NCBI GenBank assembly: GCA_964016885.1 | Contig: OZ024741.1 | Coordinates: 96,100,001 to 96,164,000, forward strand | Direction of reading: 5' to 3' | Origin: Eledone cirrhosa | Lineage: Eukaryota | DNA: 64,000 nucleotides | In this document: positions 1 through 13,580 of the stretch, one piece after another | How the letters are laid out: each line of letters begins with the position of its first letter | Numbering within the stretch: position 1 is the stretch's first letter | Translations under genes and position numbers: made by a program | Notes under the pieces: generated by a model | Told to the model about the DNA's origin: nothing | The model's input: the letters and a program-made list of their open reading frames with translations, nothing else | Database searches by the model: none

Positions 1-2805
1 TCGCTGAAACCCCAGAACCTCTGTCCAGAGTTATCTCCGCCGCTATAGACAGGTCATACCACCATCGCCGAGACTACGAGAAAATACGCCTAATGCAAAC
101 ATTTCTCAAACTCAGCACGGCTAACCGTCTTAACAACATCCCAACTCTAAGCACCAACAGAGGCGAACAAGACGGTACCAACACCGAACCTAGCGGCGCC
201 CCGACCAACAACACACCTGACACAAAACACCTCGTCACAGACTTGACAGGATCCCTCTCCCGAGAGGAATTAGACCTCCTCAGCCTGGGTCCCAAGTTCA
301 TATTGAAACAGAGACTGGACGACAAATTATGGCTCGACATAGAAACGAATTTCTGTCGGGCTGCCTACCAACTAAAATGGATATCGACTGTCGGCAACAA
401 CATCACGGAATCTAACAAACCCAGATTCCCGATATACCAACTGGATCGCCCACTTTGTCCACCGCCTGCCAACCGCGAGCTTGAAGAAAAACTCTCGAGG
501 CTAAAACATTCCGTATTTAACATCTTACGGAAACAGAAGATAGCCCCAAACCTCTCCAGGACACAACAACTCGCCCTGAAGAACCTACGGAATAGGGAAC
601 TTATATACTTACCATCCGACAAAGGTAAAGAGTTTTGCGTCATCTCTCAAGCCACATACAACAACCTAGCCTTTGAACACCTAAGCGACAATGAATTATA
701 CACAGAGATCCCGGACATGACTGCAGCCCAGATCGAAAAACAGACCAACTCCATCTGGTTCGATATCTGTAGGAGAAGACAACTCCCAAATAAAGTTAAG
801 CTCAACTACACCACTAGAAATAGCAGACTGCCCACTTTCTACCACCTCATCAAGACCCACAAGAATAGTACTAAGACGCAAATGAGACCCATCGTCTCTA
901 GCATAGAAGGACTCCTATACAAAATTTCCTGGCTCCTCTCCCAGGTCCTCAAGCCTCTACTCTCCACCTTTCCCGGGCATATCAGTAGCTCCGACAAAGT
1001 TATACGTAGACTACACCAACTCCAGCCAGAACAACTTAAACTAAATAGATACGCCTTTAGCCTCGACGTTGTCTCCCTCTACACTACAGTCCCCGCTCAT
1101 CCAGCTGTCGATTTATTGACGGACTGCGTGGTCGCAGAGGACATCCACTGCTACGGCCTCCATCCGACGGACATACACCAGCTTTTGTCCTTCACAGTAG
1201 ACAACACCTACTTCACCTTCCACCACCACACATACAGACAGACAACAGGATTACCCATGGGATCCAGCCTATCGGGCCTGCTGGCCATCACCTATATGAA
1301 CCAGCTAGAATGCCGAGCCTTCAACACCTGCCATTCCCATACCTTCTTCACCCGATATGTAGATGACATACTCATCCTTACATCATCCCGTGAGGAGGCA
1401 GATAAAATATACACAACATTCTCCAGCATGGACGCCAGTATAAAGTTCAGCATGGGACACCCTGATGACCGCGGATCCCTATCCCTACTGGACTTCCAAC
1501 TCAGGGTAACAGAGGAAGGCAACATGCACACCTGCTTCTATAAAAAAGCCACCAGCAGGGACCTATTTGTACATTTCATATCGGCCCTCCCAGCCGGTTC
1601 TAAGTTCGGATACATAAGGAACGAACTACACGTATCCGGAACAAATGCACCGACGCTAGAGACCGAGACACACACACCACACATTTCCTGGAAGTACTCA
1701 AACTGAATGGATACACGACATCCACCACAAACCGTGCCAGAAATAACAGAGGACACCACACTCGAGGCACTAACACTTGCTTCCTGAAGCTCCCACACTT
1801 CAGTGACGAAACAACAACATCCATCCGCAGAGCTATCAGACGAGAGGGATTAGATATCCAACTGGCCCACTCAGGTCCTTCTCTACGAGCACAGCTAACC
1901 AAAATACACTCCACCAGACATGACAACTGCTGCAGGCTAGCCAACTGCCCCATCAACGACACAGACCTATACCACCAGGCTTACGTCGTATACAGACTAG
2001 AGTGTGACAAATGCAGCAACTTCTATGTAGGTAGTACCACCAGACCACTCCACATAAGATTAAAAGAACACCTCAATACTAACGCTTCCTCATTTAAGAA
2101 ACACCTAGTTAAATGCAAAAACACCGACAAAACCATAACAGTTAGGATAGAAACTAAGTAAAGAAACCTCGGCAATCTTAGAATTAAGGAAGCACTAATT
2201 ATAGACAAAACACAACCACCAATCAATAATAGACTAGAACTCAACACCCAATTTATAACTTGATAGAGCTTCTAGCCCCATATTTACCCCCCCCCCCCAC
2301 ACACACACGCACGCACACACACACACCCACGCTTACACCTCCACTTATTCTCTCTCACACACACATACACACACAAAGACCAGTTCTAACACGAGATAAC
2401 ATCTATCCCCCACATTTACGTATAGACATATCTTCTCACTCTCACACACACACACTCACATACTTACACCTCCATGCATTCTCCCACACACTTAAACAGG
2501 CATGTACAAAAAAAACCCTTTTAAAGGGAGACTACTCTTTATTCACCTAACCTTAACTCTTTGACATTAGAGATAGAACAGATATTCTATACCATTTCCT
2601 GTCAGCATGACTTGGCAAGCTATTTAGAACACTGGTTTAACCGCTTTACTTCCCTCCGAAGAAGAGATATTATCTCTAAAATTAAGGACATTTAAATAAA
2701 TCTAAGGTAAAAGACTAATTGTCAACAATATCTTTTGCATTTGCATTCTTTATTCTATGTCCATACCTGCATTGTTGTGGCTTTATTATACATATACAAA
2801 CGTTT
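1..2805 (+). mobile_element. Penelope-like retroelement, family A (5' part beyond window edge)
   Basis: RT plus GIY-YIG coding region to 2263, followed by a CA-rich 3' UTR ending in (TA)n at about 2805. Confidence 0.9.
3..2263 (+). pseudogene. PLE RT-GIY-YIG polyprotein with one frameshift at about 1630
   Basis: ORF 93-1706 has PSDKG, KTHK..MRPIVS, SLDVVSLYT, GLPMGS and RYVDD, and is open to the window edge. Manual translation from 1631 in another frame gives RIRNKC..LKLNGY..KLPHFS..CCRLANCP..VVYRLECDKCSNFYVGSTTRPLHIRLKEH..IKEALII, with TGA at 2261-2263. Confidence 0.9.
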
Positions 2806-2826
2806 ATATATATATATATATATATA

Positions 2827-3137
2827 TAAGGAAAAAAGATGAAATCGAAAATGCAACTGGAGTCTTTTTTTTTAAATATATTTATTTGGTTCTTTTACAG
2901 GTTTCACAGTTCTTGTGCTTTTCAAAAGTAGTATTGAGATGGAGGGTTTGTGGTTTTTACCCTTCATCTCAATTCTACTTTTGAACAGCACAAGAACTGC
3001 GAAACCGGTAAAGGAACCAAATAGATGTATTTAAAAAAAAATAGACTCCAGTTTCATTTTCAATTTCATCTTTTTTCCCTATACATTCACTTGTGTAGGA
3101 CAGCTCGTTTTTTTTCATCTTGTAAAAAAACCCTCAC

Positions 3138-3143
<6 letters not shown>
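2827..3143 (+). mobile_element. Small fold-back PLE-like element with HHR-like motif
   Basis: Imperfect inverted repeat 2827-2947 / 2959-3083, then about 60 bp of unique tail; (TA)n on both sides; HHR-like motif at 2978-3013. Confidence 0.65.
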
Positions 3144-3167
<24 letters not shown>

Positions 3168-3169
<2 letters not shown>

Positions 3170-6100
3170 TTCATTTCTGAATTTGTTTAGCAAGATTTTT
3201 TATCTGAAATCGTGTGTTGAAACCGATATTGTTATACTTTGGGAGGGTCATGTTGCCAATAAGAAACACACGCACCAGTTGCTTTCACTTCAATTTATTA
3301 TAATAAATTTATAATAAATTTATAAATTTATAAATTTCTGGTTGGCTGGTTGGTTCCACAACCAGGTAGTTGTTTATATATTGTCATAGTTCTTTCGTCA
3401 CACACTCTGTGACCTCTTCAGTGACTGGGGATGCCTTTCTTTGTTTCTGTGCCTCTCCTTTGTTCTGTCCTACGCCATTTTGTTTGTGTGTGTGTTGTGT
3501 GCTCAGTCTGTGCATGCGCCACATCCGAGTGTCTGTGTGTGTTTATGTTCATTTATTTATTTGTTTATTTACATGTTACTGGTTGGTTGTTTGTTCTATG
3601 TGTATGTGTGTTTTCATTTTGTCCTTAATTGTAAGTTGTGATGTTGCTGTTCCACTCATATTTTCTATTTAATTTTGGTTGTAATTCTTTTATGTTTATT
3701 GCCCCTGTGATTTGTCTAAACATTGCGTCTTTTCTGTGTGTAGATTCTATTTTTATTTCTATGTTCTCTAATTTACCCTTGTGTTCTATTTTAGCATGTT
3801 GGTACAGTACAGATGATTCTTTACTATCTTGAAGGTCTCGTCAGTGTTCATTTATCCGTTCCCCTACACTACGAGCTGTCTCACCTATGTACACTATATT
3901 TTTGTCTCTACATTGTCCTTCAGTACATCTTATGCCATACACTACATTTCTAGTTTTACAGTTAATATGGGGGCTTATTTTACAGGTTATACATTTCTTA
4001 TCTATACATGAGGGTCTTTGAAAAGGGTATGTCTTGCTAATAAGTGTTTTTACGGAGGTACCTGGTCTTTCTACTATCTTAATATTGAGTTTATGTTTAT
4101 CTAGGGCCCTTCTAAATTTGTAAGCTAATTCACCTCTAGGGGTTGTATCGATGAACATTACACTCTGGTATTTATTGCTATCGTACCATGAGTTTATTCT
4201 ATTAGCCTTGTTCCTAGTTCTTTCTATTTTATTCCAAAATTTGCTCCTATACAAGGGGCAGGTCCCATTTATGTCATTATTTACCATTTTTTCCCATTTG
4301 GTTCTGGCTCCTCTATACACTCTGATTTTATCTCTCTGATTGTAGCCAGAGAACTGCATACGGTGGATGAAGTGTTGTATGTGTCTCTCTAGTTCTTCGG
4401 GGTTGCACATGCGGGACACGTTTCTCATCACCCGTACCAAATCCGCAATCAGTATGTTGATTTTGGTATGGTCCGAAACGGCCGAGTTTCGGTGGATCAG
4501 ATGTTTGGAAGTCATGGGTTTGGCATAATGGGAATGGAGGATTTGTTTTTTGTTATTAATGGTATCTAACCAGAGCTCTGTGTCTAGTGCAGGTAATCGA
4601 TGGTTGGGGTGTTTACTTGGGTAGTCTATAGTAACTCTAATGCTCTGGTAGATGGAGTTAGCTATTTGCTGGATGCTTTCCATTGTGTTTTTCTCTAGTT
4701 CCTGACTGTTCTCTAGTGGGGGTGTCTTAACTACGATGTTTATATCATCAACGTAGCGGGAGTACATTATCAGGGTTAAGGGGTCTTCTAATTGTTCTTT
4801 AAGATTAAGTTTAAGTCTACTGTCCCACCATACCATGAATAAGTTAGCTATGTCGCCTGCAATGCTAACACCAATGGCTGCTCCTTCCTCTTGGGCATAT
4901 GTTTTTCCATTAAATTTGAACATATGTTCCTTAAGGGTTAGTTTTATGCTGGCCCCTACCGCATGTGCAATCATTTTCTTCAGTTCATTGTGGTTTTCGG
5001 GTGTCCGTATGGCTCTGGTCCACCCGTTCCATCTATCTGTGTGGGTTTTCTTGGCCATTGAGGTAATGGTAGGTGGTCTGCCTCTTGCTGGTCTTTTAGG
5101 GCACAGGTTGCTAAGGTCATATGTGTCTAGGTAATTATTACTATAGGTAAGTTTAGGTAGGAGTCCCAGCTCACTGGTATCAATCCCACGGAACTCAACA
5201 TTGCTCTCACTGATCATTTCTACGCATTTCTCCACAGCAAAATCCACGTCAATAGATGGATACAGGGACACAACATCCATACTACCTATTATGCAGTTTG
5301 TTAGGTCCCTACATCAGTTACTCCCGCCGATACTGCTGAGGAGGTCCTCCGTGCTGTCACATACATCTGGGGACATTTCAATGATGGGGCGTATGATCAG
5401 GGAGAGGAAGTAGGACAGTCTGTAGTTACTAGCAATGTTAGCTCCACAGACTGGCCGTGTTGGTGGTCCCGCGACAGGGTCACTGCCCGTTTTATGGTCT
5501 TTTCGAAGCCCATACAACGCCGGCACGTCATTGTTCCAGGCCTGGAAGTTGTTGGCAGTCCTTTTGTTGGGCTGCATTATATTCGTCCACATCACCATAT
5601 GGGCATTGAGGGCTTTTTCTCTATCCTCATGCTCCTGTGGTGTTACCTCTCTTGTGTTAGTGATGTGGGGTTGCATTGCCTGGATGTAGTTTGGCAGGCT
5701 GTCAACCGACATTCTGCCAGACTTGTCTGTTGGAAAGCATGCTATCTCTCCATTACGTGAGCGCTGCATGAGCTTACGCAAGCCATTTGCAGATTTTTCT
5801 CCCAGTTGCTGGGCCTCCATTCTATTATGCTTCTTGCTATACTGTTCTATAATATTTCTAAGTTCGGATCTAGCTATACTAAATTGTGCTTCTGTTTGTT
5901 CATCGACCTGCGACGGCAATTGCGTGCGTTTGTTAAATGGTAAAGTCGTGGCCTGGACTCGTCGCAGGTCGAACGATTTATCGGAGGGATTATAAAAGTA
6001 GAGTTCCAGGCTGCTGCTTTATGTGTACTAGTGCTATTGTTATTGTTAGTTGTGTTGTTCCTATTTCTATTTCCACCAACAGCCTCATGGTTGTTTCTAT

Positions 6101-6321
6101 GTCTCTCATAATTACTCCTGTCTCTTTCCACTTGCTCATTGTTGTTATCTACCCTATTTTGTGTGTCTGTGTGTTCGTCTTGGTTATTTTCTTTGTCCTT
6201 AGTCTCCCTTCTCCTTTTAATCCTATTACTTTCCCTTATTTCTGTGATTTCTGTGCTATTGTCATTACTTGTTTTCTGTGTCTGTGTGTTTGTTAAGATT
6301 GTGGTGGTGGTGAGAGGCATT
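3168..6321 (-). mobile_element. PLE family B copy 1, long arm (disrupted RT-GIY-YIG)
   Basis: ORF pieces 5874-6320, 5314-5919 (PTDKSG, LYGLRKDHK, TRPVCGA) and 3841-5280 (MDVVSLYP, GAAIG, RYVDD, NVVY..YIGET). Frameshifts, plus a TGG>TGA stop at 3841. 3' end abuts (TA)n. Confidence 0.93.
3383..3425 (-). ncRNA. Minimal type I hammerhead ribozyme in family B 3' region
   Basis: Minus strand reads GUCA-CUGAAGA-G-GUCACA gagug UGUGAC-GAAA-G aa C-UA-UGAC. Confidence 0.75.
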
Positions 6322-6353
6322 TCTTATTCTTTTTTTTTATTCAAAAACCTCCC

Positions 6354-7217
6354 TGTATAGATAAGAAATAAGAAATATAAGAAATGTATAAGACATGTAT
6401 AATCTGTAAATTAAGCCCCCATATTAACTGTAAAACTAGAAATGTAGTATATAGCGTAAAATGTACTGAAGGACAATGTAGAGATAAAAATATAGTGTAC
6501 ATAGGTGAGACAGCTCGTAGTATAGGGGAACGGATAAATGAACACTGGCGAGACCTTCAAGATAGTAAAGAATAATCTGTACTCTACCAACATGCTAAAA
6601 TAGAACATAAGGGTAAATTAGAGAACATAGAAATAAAAATAGAATCTACACACAGAAAAGACGCAATGTTTAGACAAATCACAGAGGCAATAAACATAAA
6701 TGAACTCCAACCAAAATTAAATAGAAAACATGAATGGAACAGCAACATCACAACTTACAATTAAGGACAACATGAAAACACACACGCACATAGATCAAAC
6801 GACCAACCAGTAACATGTAAATAAACAAATAAATAAACGAATATAAACACACACAGACACCCGGATGTAACACATGCGCAAACTAAGCACACAACACACA
6901 CACACAAACAAGATGGCGTAGGACAGAACAAAGGAGAGTCACACAAACAAAGAAAAGAATCCCCAGTTACTGAAGAGGTCACAGAATGTGTGACGAAAGA
7001 ACTTTGACAATATATAAACAATCATCTGGTTGTGGAACCAACCAACCAACCAGAAATTTATAAATTCCTAAATTTATAAATTTATTATAATAAATTGAAG
7101 TGAAAGCAACTGGTGCGTGTGTTTCTTATTGGCAACATGACCCTCCCAAAGTATAACAATATCGTTTCAACACATGTTTTCAGATAAAGAATCTTGCTAA
7201 ACAAATTCAGAAACGAA
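6354..7217 (+). mobile_element. PLE family B copy 1, inverted short arm (GIY-YIG plus 3' UTR)
   Basis: Reverse complement of about 3168-4009; ORF 6384-6575 NVVYSVKC..YIGET; HHR at 6966-7008; ends in (TA)n. Confidence 0.92.
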
Positions 7218-7409
7218 ATATATATATATATATATATATTAGAAAGGAGGTTTTTTTACAAGATGAAAAAAACGAGGCGCCCTACACACACACACACACA
7301 CATACACACACACACACACACACCCATATATATATATATATATATATATATCTGTGTGTGTGTGTGGATATATAAATAGTTATATGTGTATATATAGAGA
7401 CAGATATAT

Positions 7410-8636
7410 TTTTTTATTTGCCACAAGGGCGCACAAGAAAAGGGGCCAATACAAAGACACATACCGGAGATTTTACATACAATCGTGCACAAATATTGAA
7501 ACAAAAAATTATAACAATCGAAATCCCCAATAGGGGGGAAGCGTAACAAATGGGTTGTTTAATACCCCGTCGATAGAACAAACCTCAACTTCAGGAGCGT
7601 GTTGTGCAAGTTCTCCCTTCTTCCTTTTGTTCTCTTCTTTAACCTACAGGCTTATAAACAGAGAAGGCCCAATCACTCGGGCCATTTTTGCTTCATTCAC
7701 CCACCTTTCAGTAAATTTACTGGAGTGCAGTGCCTCTCTCTCCACTCTGATTCTCATTCTAAAGTGATACTTAAAGAAGGGAATCAATTGTTGTCCGGAG
7801 AGAAAGGCATCTGTCCTCAGTCCTCTCAAATCGTCCACCATATAACCTCTTTCACCATAGCCACTGTACAGAGGAAAACCGCCTCTCTTTTGTTTTTGAA
7901 AGAGGCTGGCGGTTTGATCCTTACTATGGACTCGGCAGTCAATTGGATTTGTCCCATACGCGACAGCAGTTGTTCTGCATAGTTCCACAGTTCGCTTACG
8001 CCCGGGCAGTGTACAATTGCGTGCAAGATGGTTTCAATGTACTTCTCAATATCCTGCTCAATGTCGGGGCGTCCGTACCTGTAGATCTTATCTCGAACAA
8101 GTAGAGCTCCTCAGTAGCACTGCAAGGCCAGGGACCTCTGGAAGTTGTCCATAGATCCCGGGCGGAAAGTCCTACCGAACAGACTGGTGAGCTCGTCGTT
8201 TTCGACGCCTAGAGTCTCCCCGAGCACGTCGTCCCACTTGTAAACTACTAACCCTCTATAGAATGTCAAAGTGGAGTCTCCACTGATTGCTCTGCCCGCT
8301 TGACAGAGGACTGTGAGCGCTGGGGCGCATTCAATGTGCCAGGCGCCCATCTTCTTCGGTCTTCGCTTCACCCAGGACTGCAGCTCCGTCAGCGTGGGAA
8401 GGCCTGTTACACAAACGGTGCCCACACCGGTTGGTCGGTGAGGAATACCTGGCGATGCCGTAGCCTCAGCGCATGTTTGCGCATCATTAGCCACGGAAGG
8501 GTGTTGACAGCAGACGGATCTCCTCACCAGTGGAGCCTGCTTCTTCAACAGGAACTGGAAGAGCATGCGTTCCATCTTGGTGAGGTATTCACGGGGACAA
8601 GGCACGCAGTCAAGCGGTAGTGGATGACGGACGCTA
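7410..8636 (-). mobile_element. L1/Tx1-like LINE 3' fragment (degenerate ORF2 C-terminus)
   Basis: Frameshifted peptides MERMLFQFL..PLVRRSVCCQHP, ALPVRD.., ETILHAIVHCPGVSELW, VKEVIWW; A-rich 3' end at about 7410. Confidence 0.75.
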
Positions 8637-8701
8637 TGTAAATAGAGAGAGAGAGAGAGAGATAGAGAGAGGGGGGGGGGGGTATAGAAAAGGCTTCTAT
8701 A

Positions 8702-8740
8702 GGACCAGAACTGTTTCATTCCTATGAACTCATCAGAAAT
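8702..8740 (-). ncRNA. HHR-like core
   Basis: CUGAUGA-GUUC auag GAAU-GAAA-CAG uu CUG; stem I unclear. A degenerate relative lies at about 9405-9450. Confidence 0.4.
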
Positions 8741-9225
8741 GTATATATTTATATGGTGAGCTTGTATGTATGAGTATAAACATAGTGCTACGTGTCTGTA
8801 AATATGTAGAGGAACTGGTGTATGTATTAACATTACTCATTTTATGGTATGAGTGGAAAATCTCCATATTTATGCTGGTTTGTGGTTGAATGAAATACAT
8901 TTTGCATTAACTAAACTCGTAAATTCCAATCTAAATTTCTCTGCCAGGCTTGAGTTTCAAGAATGAAAGATGGTTACTAGGCAACCCGAAGAAACTTGTA
9001 AAAAAATGATAAACTCGTTAAAGAACATTTACAGTCTTTAAAACATCACAATAAACATTTAGATAGCTTCCTATAACAAGATGTTACAGTACTAAACAAT
9101 AAAACATAACAAACGCCAGTAATTTACATTGAGAATTAAGAGAATACAAGGATAATGTGGATATACGACTTATTATTACTTTCGCAATTCCGATATATAC
9201 ATACTGACAGACTCAGACACACACA

Positions 9226-9331
<106 letters not shown>

Positions 9332-9467
9332 GGGTTCAATCGGTGGTAACCACAGTAAGGTACTCATTACATAGCAGAGTATAAATATTTGATGTAGAAA
9401 TCGCTTCTACTGGACTAGAACTGTTTCATTCGAAGGAAAGCACCAGAAACGCCTGAAAATCGCATAG

Positions 9468-9780
9468 GTGCGCCCACACCATGGTCCTGTTCGATCCCTT
9501 CAAGATAACACTCGGCCATATACATCAAGGATGACTTGGGAGAAGCTGCTGGAGATAGGGTGGGAGGTTATGCCCCACCTGCCGTATTCGCCCGACCTCT
9601 CGCCTACAGACTATCAGCTTTCTATCTCAATGAGCAATGCAATGCTGTCAAAGCCTTTGGCCAATGAAGACCAGTTAAATTGGCTGACGGAATTCTTTAC
9701 ATCGGAGCCAGTCTACAGGGATTGAAGCATGTGCCTTCCTAAACAATGGTAGACGGAAATCGCAAACGATTTTTAACTTC
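9468..9780 (+). pseudogene. Mariner transposase C-terminal relic
   Basis: LQDNTRPY and GWEVMPHLPYSPDLSPTDY match the mariner HDNARPH and YSPDLAPSD motifs. Confidence 0.85.
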
Positions 9781-10127
9781 AATTCTCTAATTGAGTGATC
9801 ATGAATCGTCTTGATCGTTATATATTATATATCGATCTCTTTTTATATTTATGCTCTTAACGCAGTCGAGCAGTTTTTTCTGAGTTAGTGTGTGAACTAT
9901 TTCTAGCGTTACCAATTAGTGACTATGATAAAACCCTGAAGGTGGTATGTCAGTTTGGTCCCAGTCCAATAATTAAAAGCAGTAAAATATTAAAACATTA
10001 AAAGAATGTCGCGGTTTTCCAGTTTGTGTCTATTTACTACTATATTATTTAATATGATCTTCACTTTTTAAGACATGGTTTCAACATGATTTTGCTACAA
10101 TTTTCGACAGTGGACGCACACTCATAT

Positions 10128-10310
10128 AATTGTTTCTACTTTTGGTTCAAGGCCAGCAATTATCCCAGTGCATTACTGGTACTTTATTTTGTCGACCCCG
10201 TAAGGATGAAAGGCAAAGTTAACCTCGGCGGGATTTGTATTCAGACCTTCAAGGGCCGTAACTATGCTGGAAAGCATGGCGTACGACGCTCTACGGATTC
10301 TGCCAATTCA
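10128..10310 (-). mobile_element. tRNA-derived SINE, main family
   Basis: Homologous to 14953-15143. Confidence 0.75.
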
Positions 10311-10729
10311 CTGATGCTTGTTGTTAACATTATTGCTACTGTTGTTATCGTTATTTATTTACATGTAATTTCTCATCGAATACAGCTATGATGAAAATTC
10401 TTTCCATTCAATCCTGTAGTTTCTCTCAGAAACTCGATGCATTTCAGACCACATTGATCAACATATCAATCCAGTTTTAAGGCAATAAGATGAGATAGGA
10501 GGCTGTTATTGTTAACAGACTGTCCAACTATATCGAAACTTTTAACGTGTATTTCAATGACATAATTTGCTGGTAGGTGGTCACATTTTATTTTTAATAT
10601 GATTATATCGATATCAATGGCAAAGAACAAAATATTTTGCAGTACTATGTTTTCTTCTTTTGTGTTCTAGACAAGTACAACATTGCCCTCCATCCTTCCG
10701 GGATGGATAATAACAATTACTAGTATATA

Positions 10730-10928
10730 TGAGAGTCTGATCAAAAGTTCATACGTTGAATATGAAGGAGTGATGCCAGAGCTGTGAAATCTTGCATGCA
10801 TTCATTTCAACTCTTCTTATTAATAACTGCATTGATTTTCTTCCAGGGACTATGTTGAAAAATAAATTTCATTTGGTTACTCCATGATAGTATCTTGGTC
10901 AGGCTCTGAACTTTTTAGCCGACCCTCG
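10730..10928. mobile_element. Mariner-type MITE
   Basis: Imperfect TIRs TGAGAGTCTGATCAAAAGTTC / GAACTTTTTAGCCGACCCTCG with TA on both sides. Confidence 0.65.
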
Positions 10929-12001
10929 TATTTAAATAAATGTTAGAAAATATATGGCCTTGTACATCTGCTAGAAATTATAATTTTCTGCTTACATTCA
11001 CAAAAATATACTATGCCATACAGTGTATGAAGATGAGATTACTTTTTCAGAATCAAATAAACTAAACATCCACAGAGCACCTAGAGATGTTTTTTCTGAC
11101 GAATTCTTTTTGAAAGGTAATTACCAAAGTTTACAGACGTGGCTTAGATTCTCATTGGGTTTCACTTTTTATTCGTTTTCATAAGCGCCTCGTGCCTCTA
11201 TGGAGCAGTAGCAACGGCAATAATAGTCGTGTCGGCAGCACTAGTAGCAGGATCAGTAGCAGCAGCAGCAGCAGCAGCAGTAGCAGCAGCAGTAGTAGTA
11301 GTAGTAGTAGTAGTAGTAGTCTTAGTAGTAGTAGTCTTAGACAGTAGTAGTTTTTGATTGATGAAAGGTTGATATTTTGTGATAATTTGAAAACGGAAAT
11401 CATATCGCATGTTATAATTGTAAACTATAATATGTAACCACGAGTAGTAAGAAATATAATAACTAAAACTCTACTTGCCTGTGACAGGAATATTTTTTTA
11501 TTTATTACTCCTGATCTACTTATAGGTTGATTCACGAAGGAATATCCTATTTTTACGAGACATTCTGTGGAATCGATTTTAGAGAAAACAATATATAATT
11601 GTATTGTACTTACTTTCTAAATGCATTGAGAGAACTTTGGAATTAATTTAGTCTAGAACAGATAAAAGGGAAAAAAGAACTGTTATATATCATCATATAA
11701 TGCTTTGGATTAGAGAATAAACGTCTGCTAGAATATTTTTTTGGTTATTTATTAAATAATGGCGAAATGGAGTTAAGTTGAATTATGAGATGTATGGTAG
11801 AAAAATATAAAAATACAACAATTTAAGCAATACAAATACGTTGGCATGTTATTTCCTATCATATGTTTTAAGGTTTTACGACCATATTTTAAACCTTTAT
11901 CTCGTGCGTCTAAAGCAAAAGCTCTAGAAAGGACACATCTTCATTTTGCAATTTAACTCTGAACACTTATTTTTTGCATCTGCTTCTGCTTAAAACAAAA
12001 T

Positions 12002-12183
12002 AATTCTTTCTACTTTTGGCACAAGGCCAGCAATTACCCCAGTGCATTACTAGTGCTTTATTTTATCGACCTCCATAAGGATGAAAGGTAAACTTAACCT
12101 CGGCGGGATTTGAACTCAGAACGTAAAGGGCCATAACTCTATGCTGCAAAACATGGTGTCTGACGCTCTACCGATACTGCAAT
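12002..12183 (-). mobile_element. tRNA-derived SINE, main family
   Basis: Homologous to 14953-15143. Confidence 0.75.
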
Positions 12184-12410
12184 TTTGTTAGGGATAGTTT
12201 ATGAGATTCCGTGACGTTCATACATTGCTCAGATGCATCACTTTATTTAATTGAAGTGTAATATGCACAATACGTAATCGATATGCTATAGAGAACTCGT
12301 CTCGTTAGTATTCGTCACTAACTCTAATTTGCTCGATTTTCTATACTAAATGTTAATGAAGGGGCAGAGAACTGGATAATTTCTTCTGTTTGTGTTCATA
12401 GCGAGAGCTG

Positions 12411-12484
<74 letters not shown>

Positions 12485-13084
12485 TCTTTATGCCGTAAGC
12501 GCTATTGACATGCAAATTGGCATCTTTGAATCGCTCTTACTGCAGGGTTTATAAAGCCTTTAGTTACATATATCTTCGTGTATTATAAGAAATGTAGATA
12601 CGAATCGAGACCCTAGTCAAGGTGTTCACCCTTAACGATCGGCGGAGACATGTTTATCTGATTACATATATAAATGTTTGCTGAACCCTGAAATGTTTCA
12701 ATACAGGTATTTATTGTAAACCTCAGCTGCTTACTGCATAATATGATATATTATTGTAATTAGCTACCACCATCAACATTAATAATATGCAAACTAACAT
12801 CCCCAGTTCACTGTTACTCTGACATTTATTGGGTTTATACATTCTTATAGTTAGTAACTATATTGATTCTTAAACCCTTGATCATAAATTCTATTCTGTT
12901 ACGATAATTTTCTATTCTATGCGTTTCTTTTCTTCAGTTATGATTTGGAATACCCCAAATCATACAGAGTTACATGTGAGGAATTCTTACACAGTCATTA
13001 GGCGAAGAACAACCTCATTGTTAATTTTGCAAGCCTGAAGAATGTCACTGCTATTTCCAACTTTCTATGGTGGCTAATAAAACT

Positions 13085-13580
13085 TACCCCAAATTCATGA
13101 CTATAGATACGGGTTGGCACTAATACCGATTTGAAGATAGAGAGTTTAGCTTTTACGCCTACCTCCCTTCTGATTACTGAATGCTGAAGCTGGCACATTA
13201 CTGCACAAGCTCCTGCATTTCTTGCATTTAATTCAGCCTCATGCCTTCCATCATTCCTGAACATGGCCCAGAAAGACTTGAACGTCTCTACCTGCTTCAG
13301 TCGAATCCATTTACATGTAGAGTGCACTGCGCCGGCTTCCTTCGCAGCACTGATTTTCATTCCAGTCATGCAGCACTCGGCATCAAATTTATCAAGTGCA
13401 AGTTGGAGATCACTTTCTGTCGAGAACACCATGTCGTCTGCAAATTCTGGCCGACTGATTTTACACCCACCAGTCAGGATACCATTTCCAACTGGGCTGC
13501 GCATGTCAGTCCTGTTCATCTAAATAACGAACAGGAGAGGTAAAACAATTAACAGGAGAGGTGACAGTACACCTCTTGGA
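13085..13580 (-). pseudogene. RTE-like LINE reverse transcriptase relic
   Basis: VLSPLL upstream, then FADDMV..DLQLALDKF..GMKIS..LKQVETFK..KLSIFKSVLVP. Confidence 0.8.

Noticed and set aside
3841-3843. In-frame TGA as possible selenocysteine or readthrough
   Set aside because: The other three arms have TGG (Trp) at this position, so it is a simple nonsense mutation.
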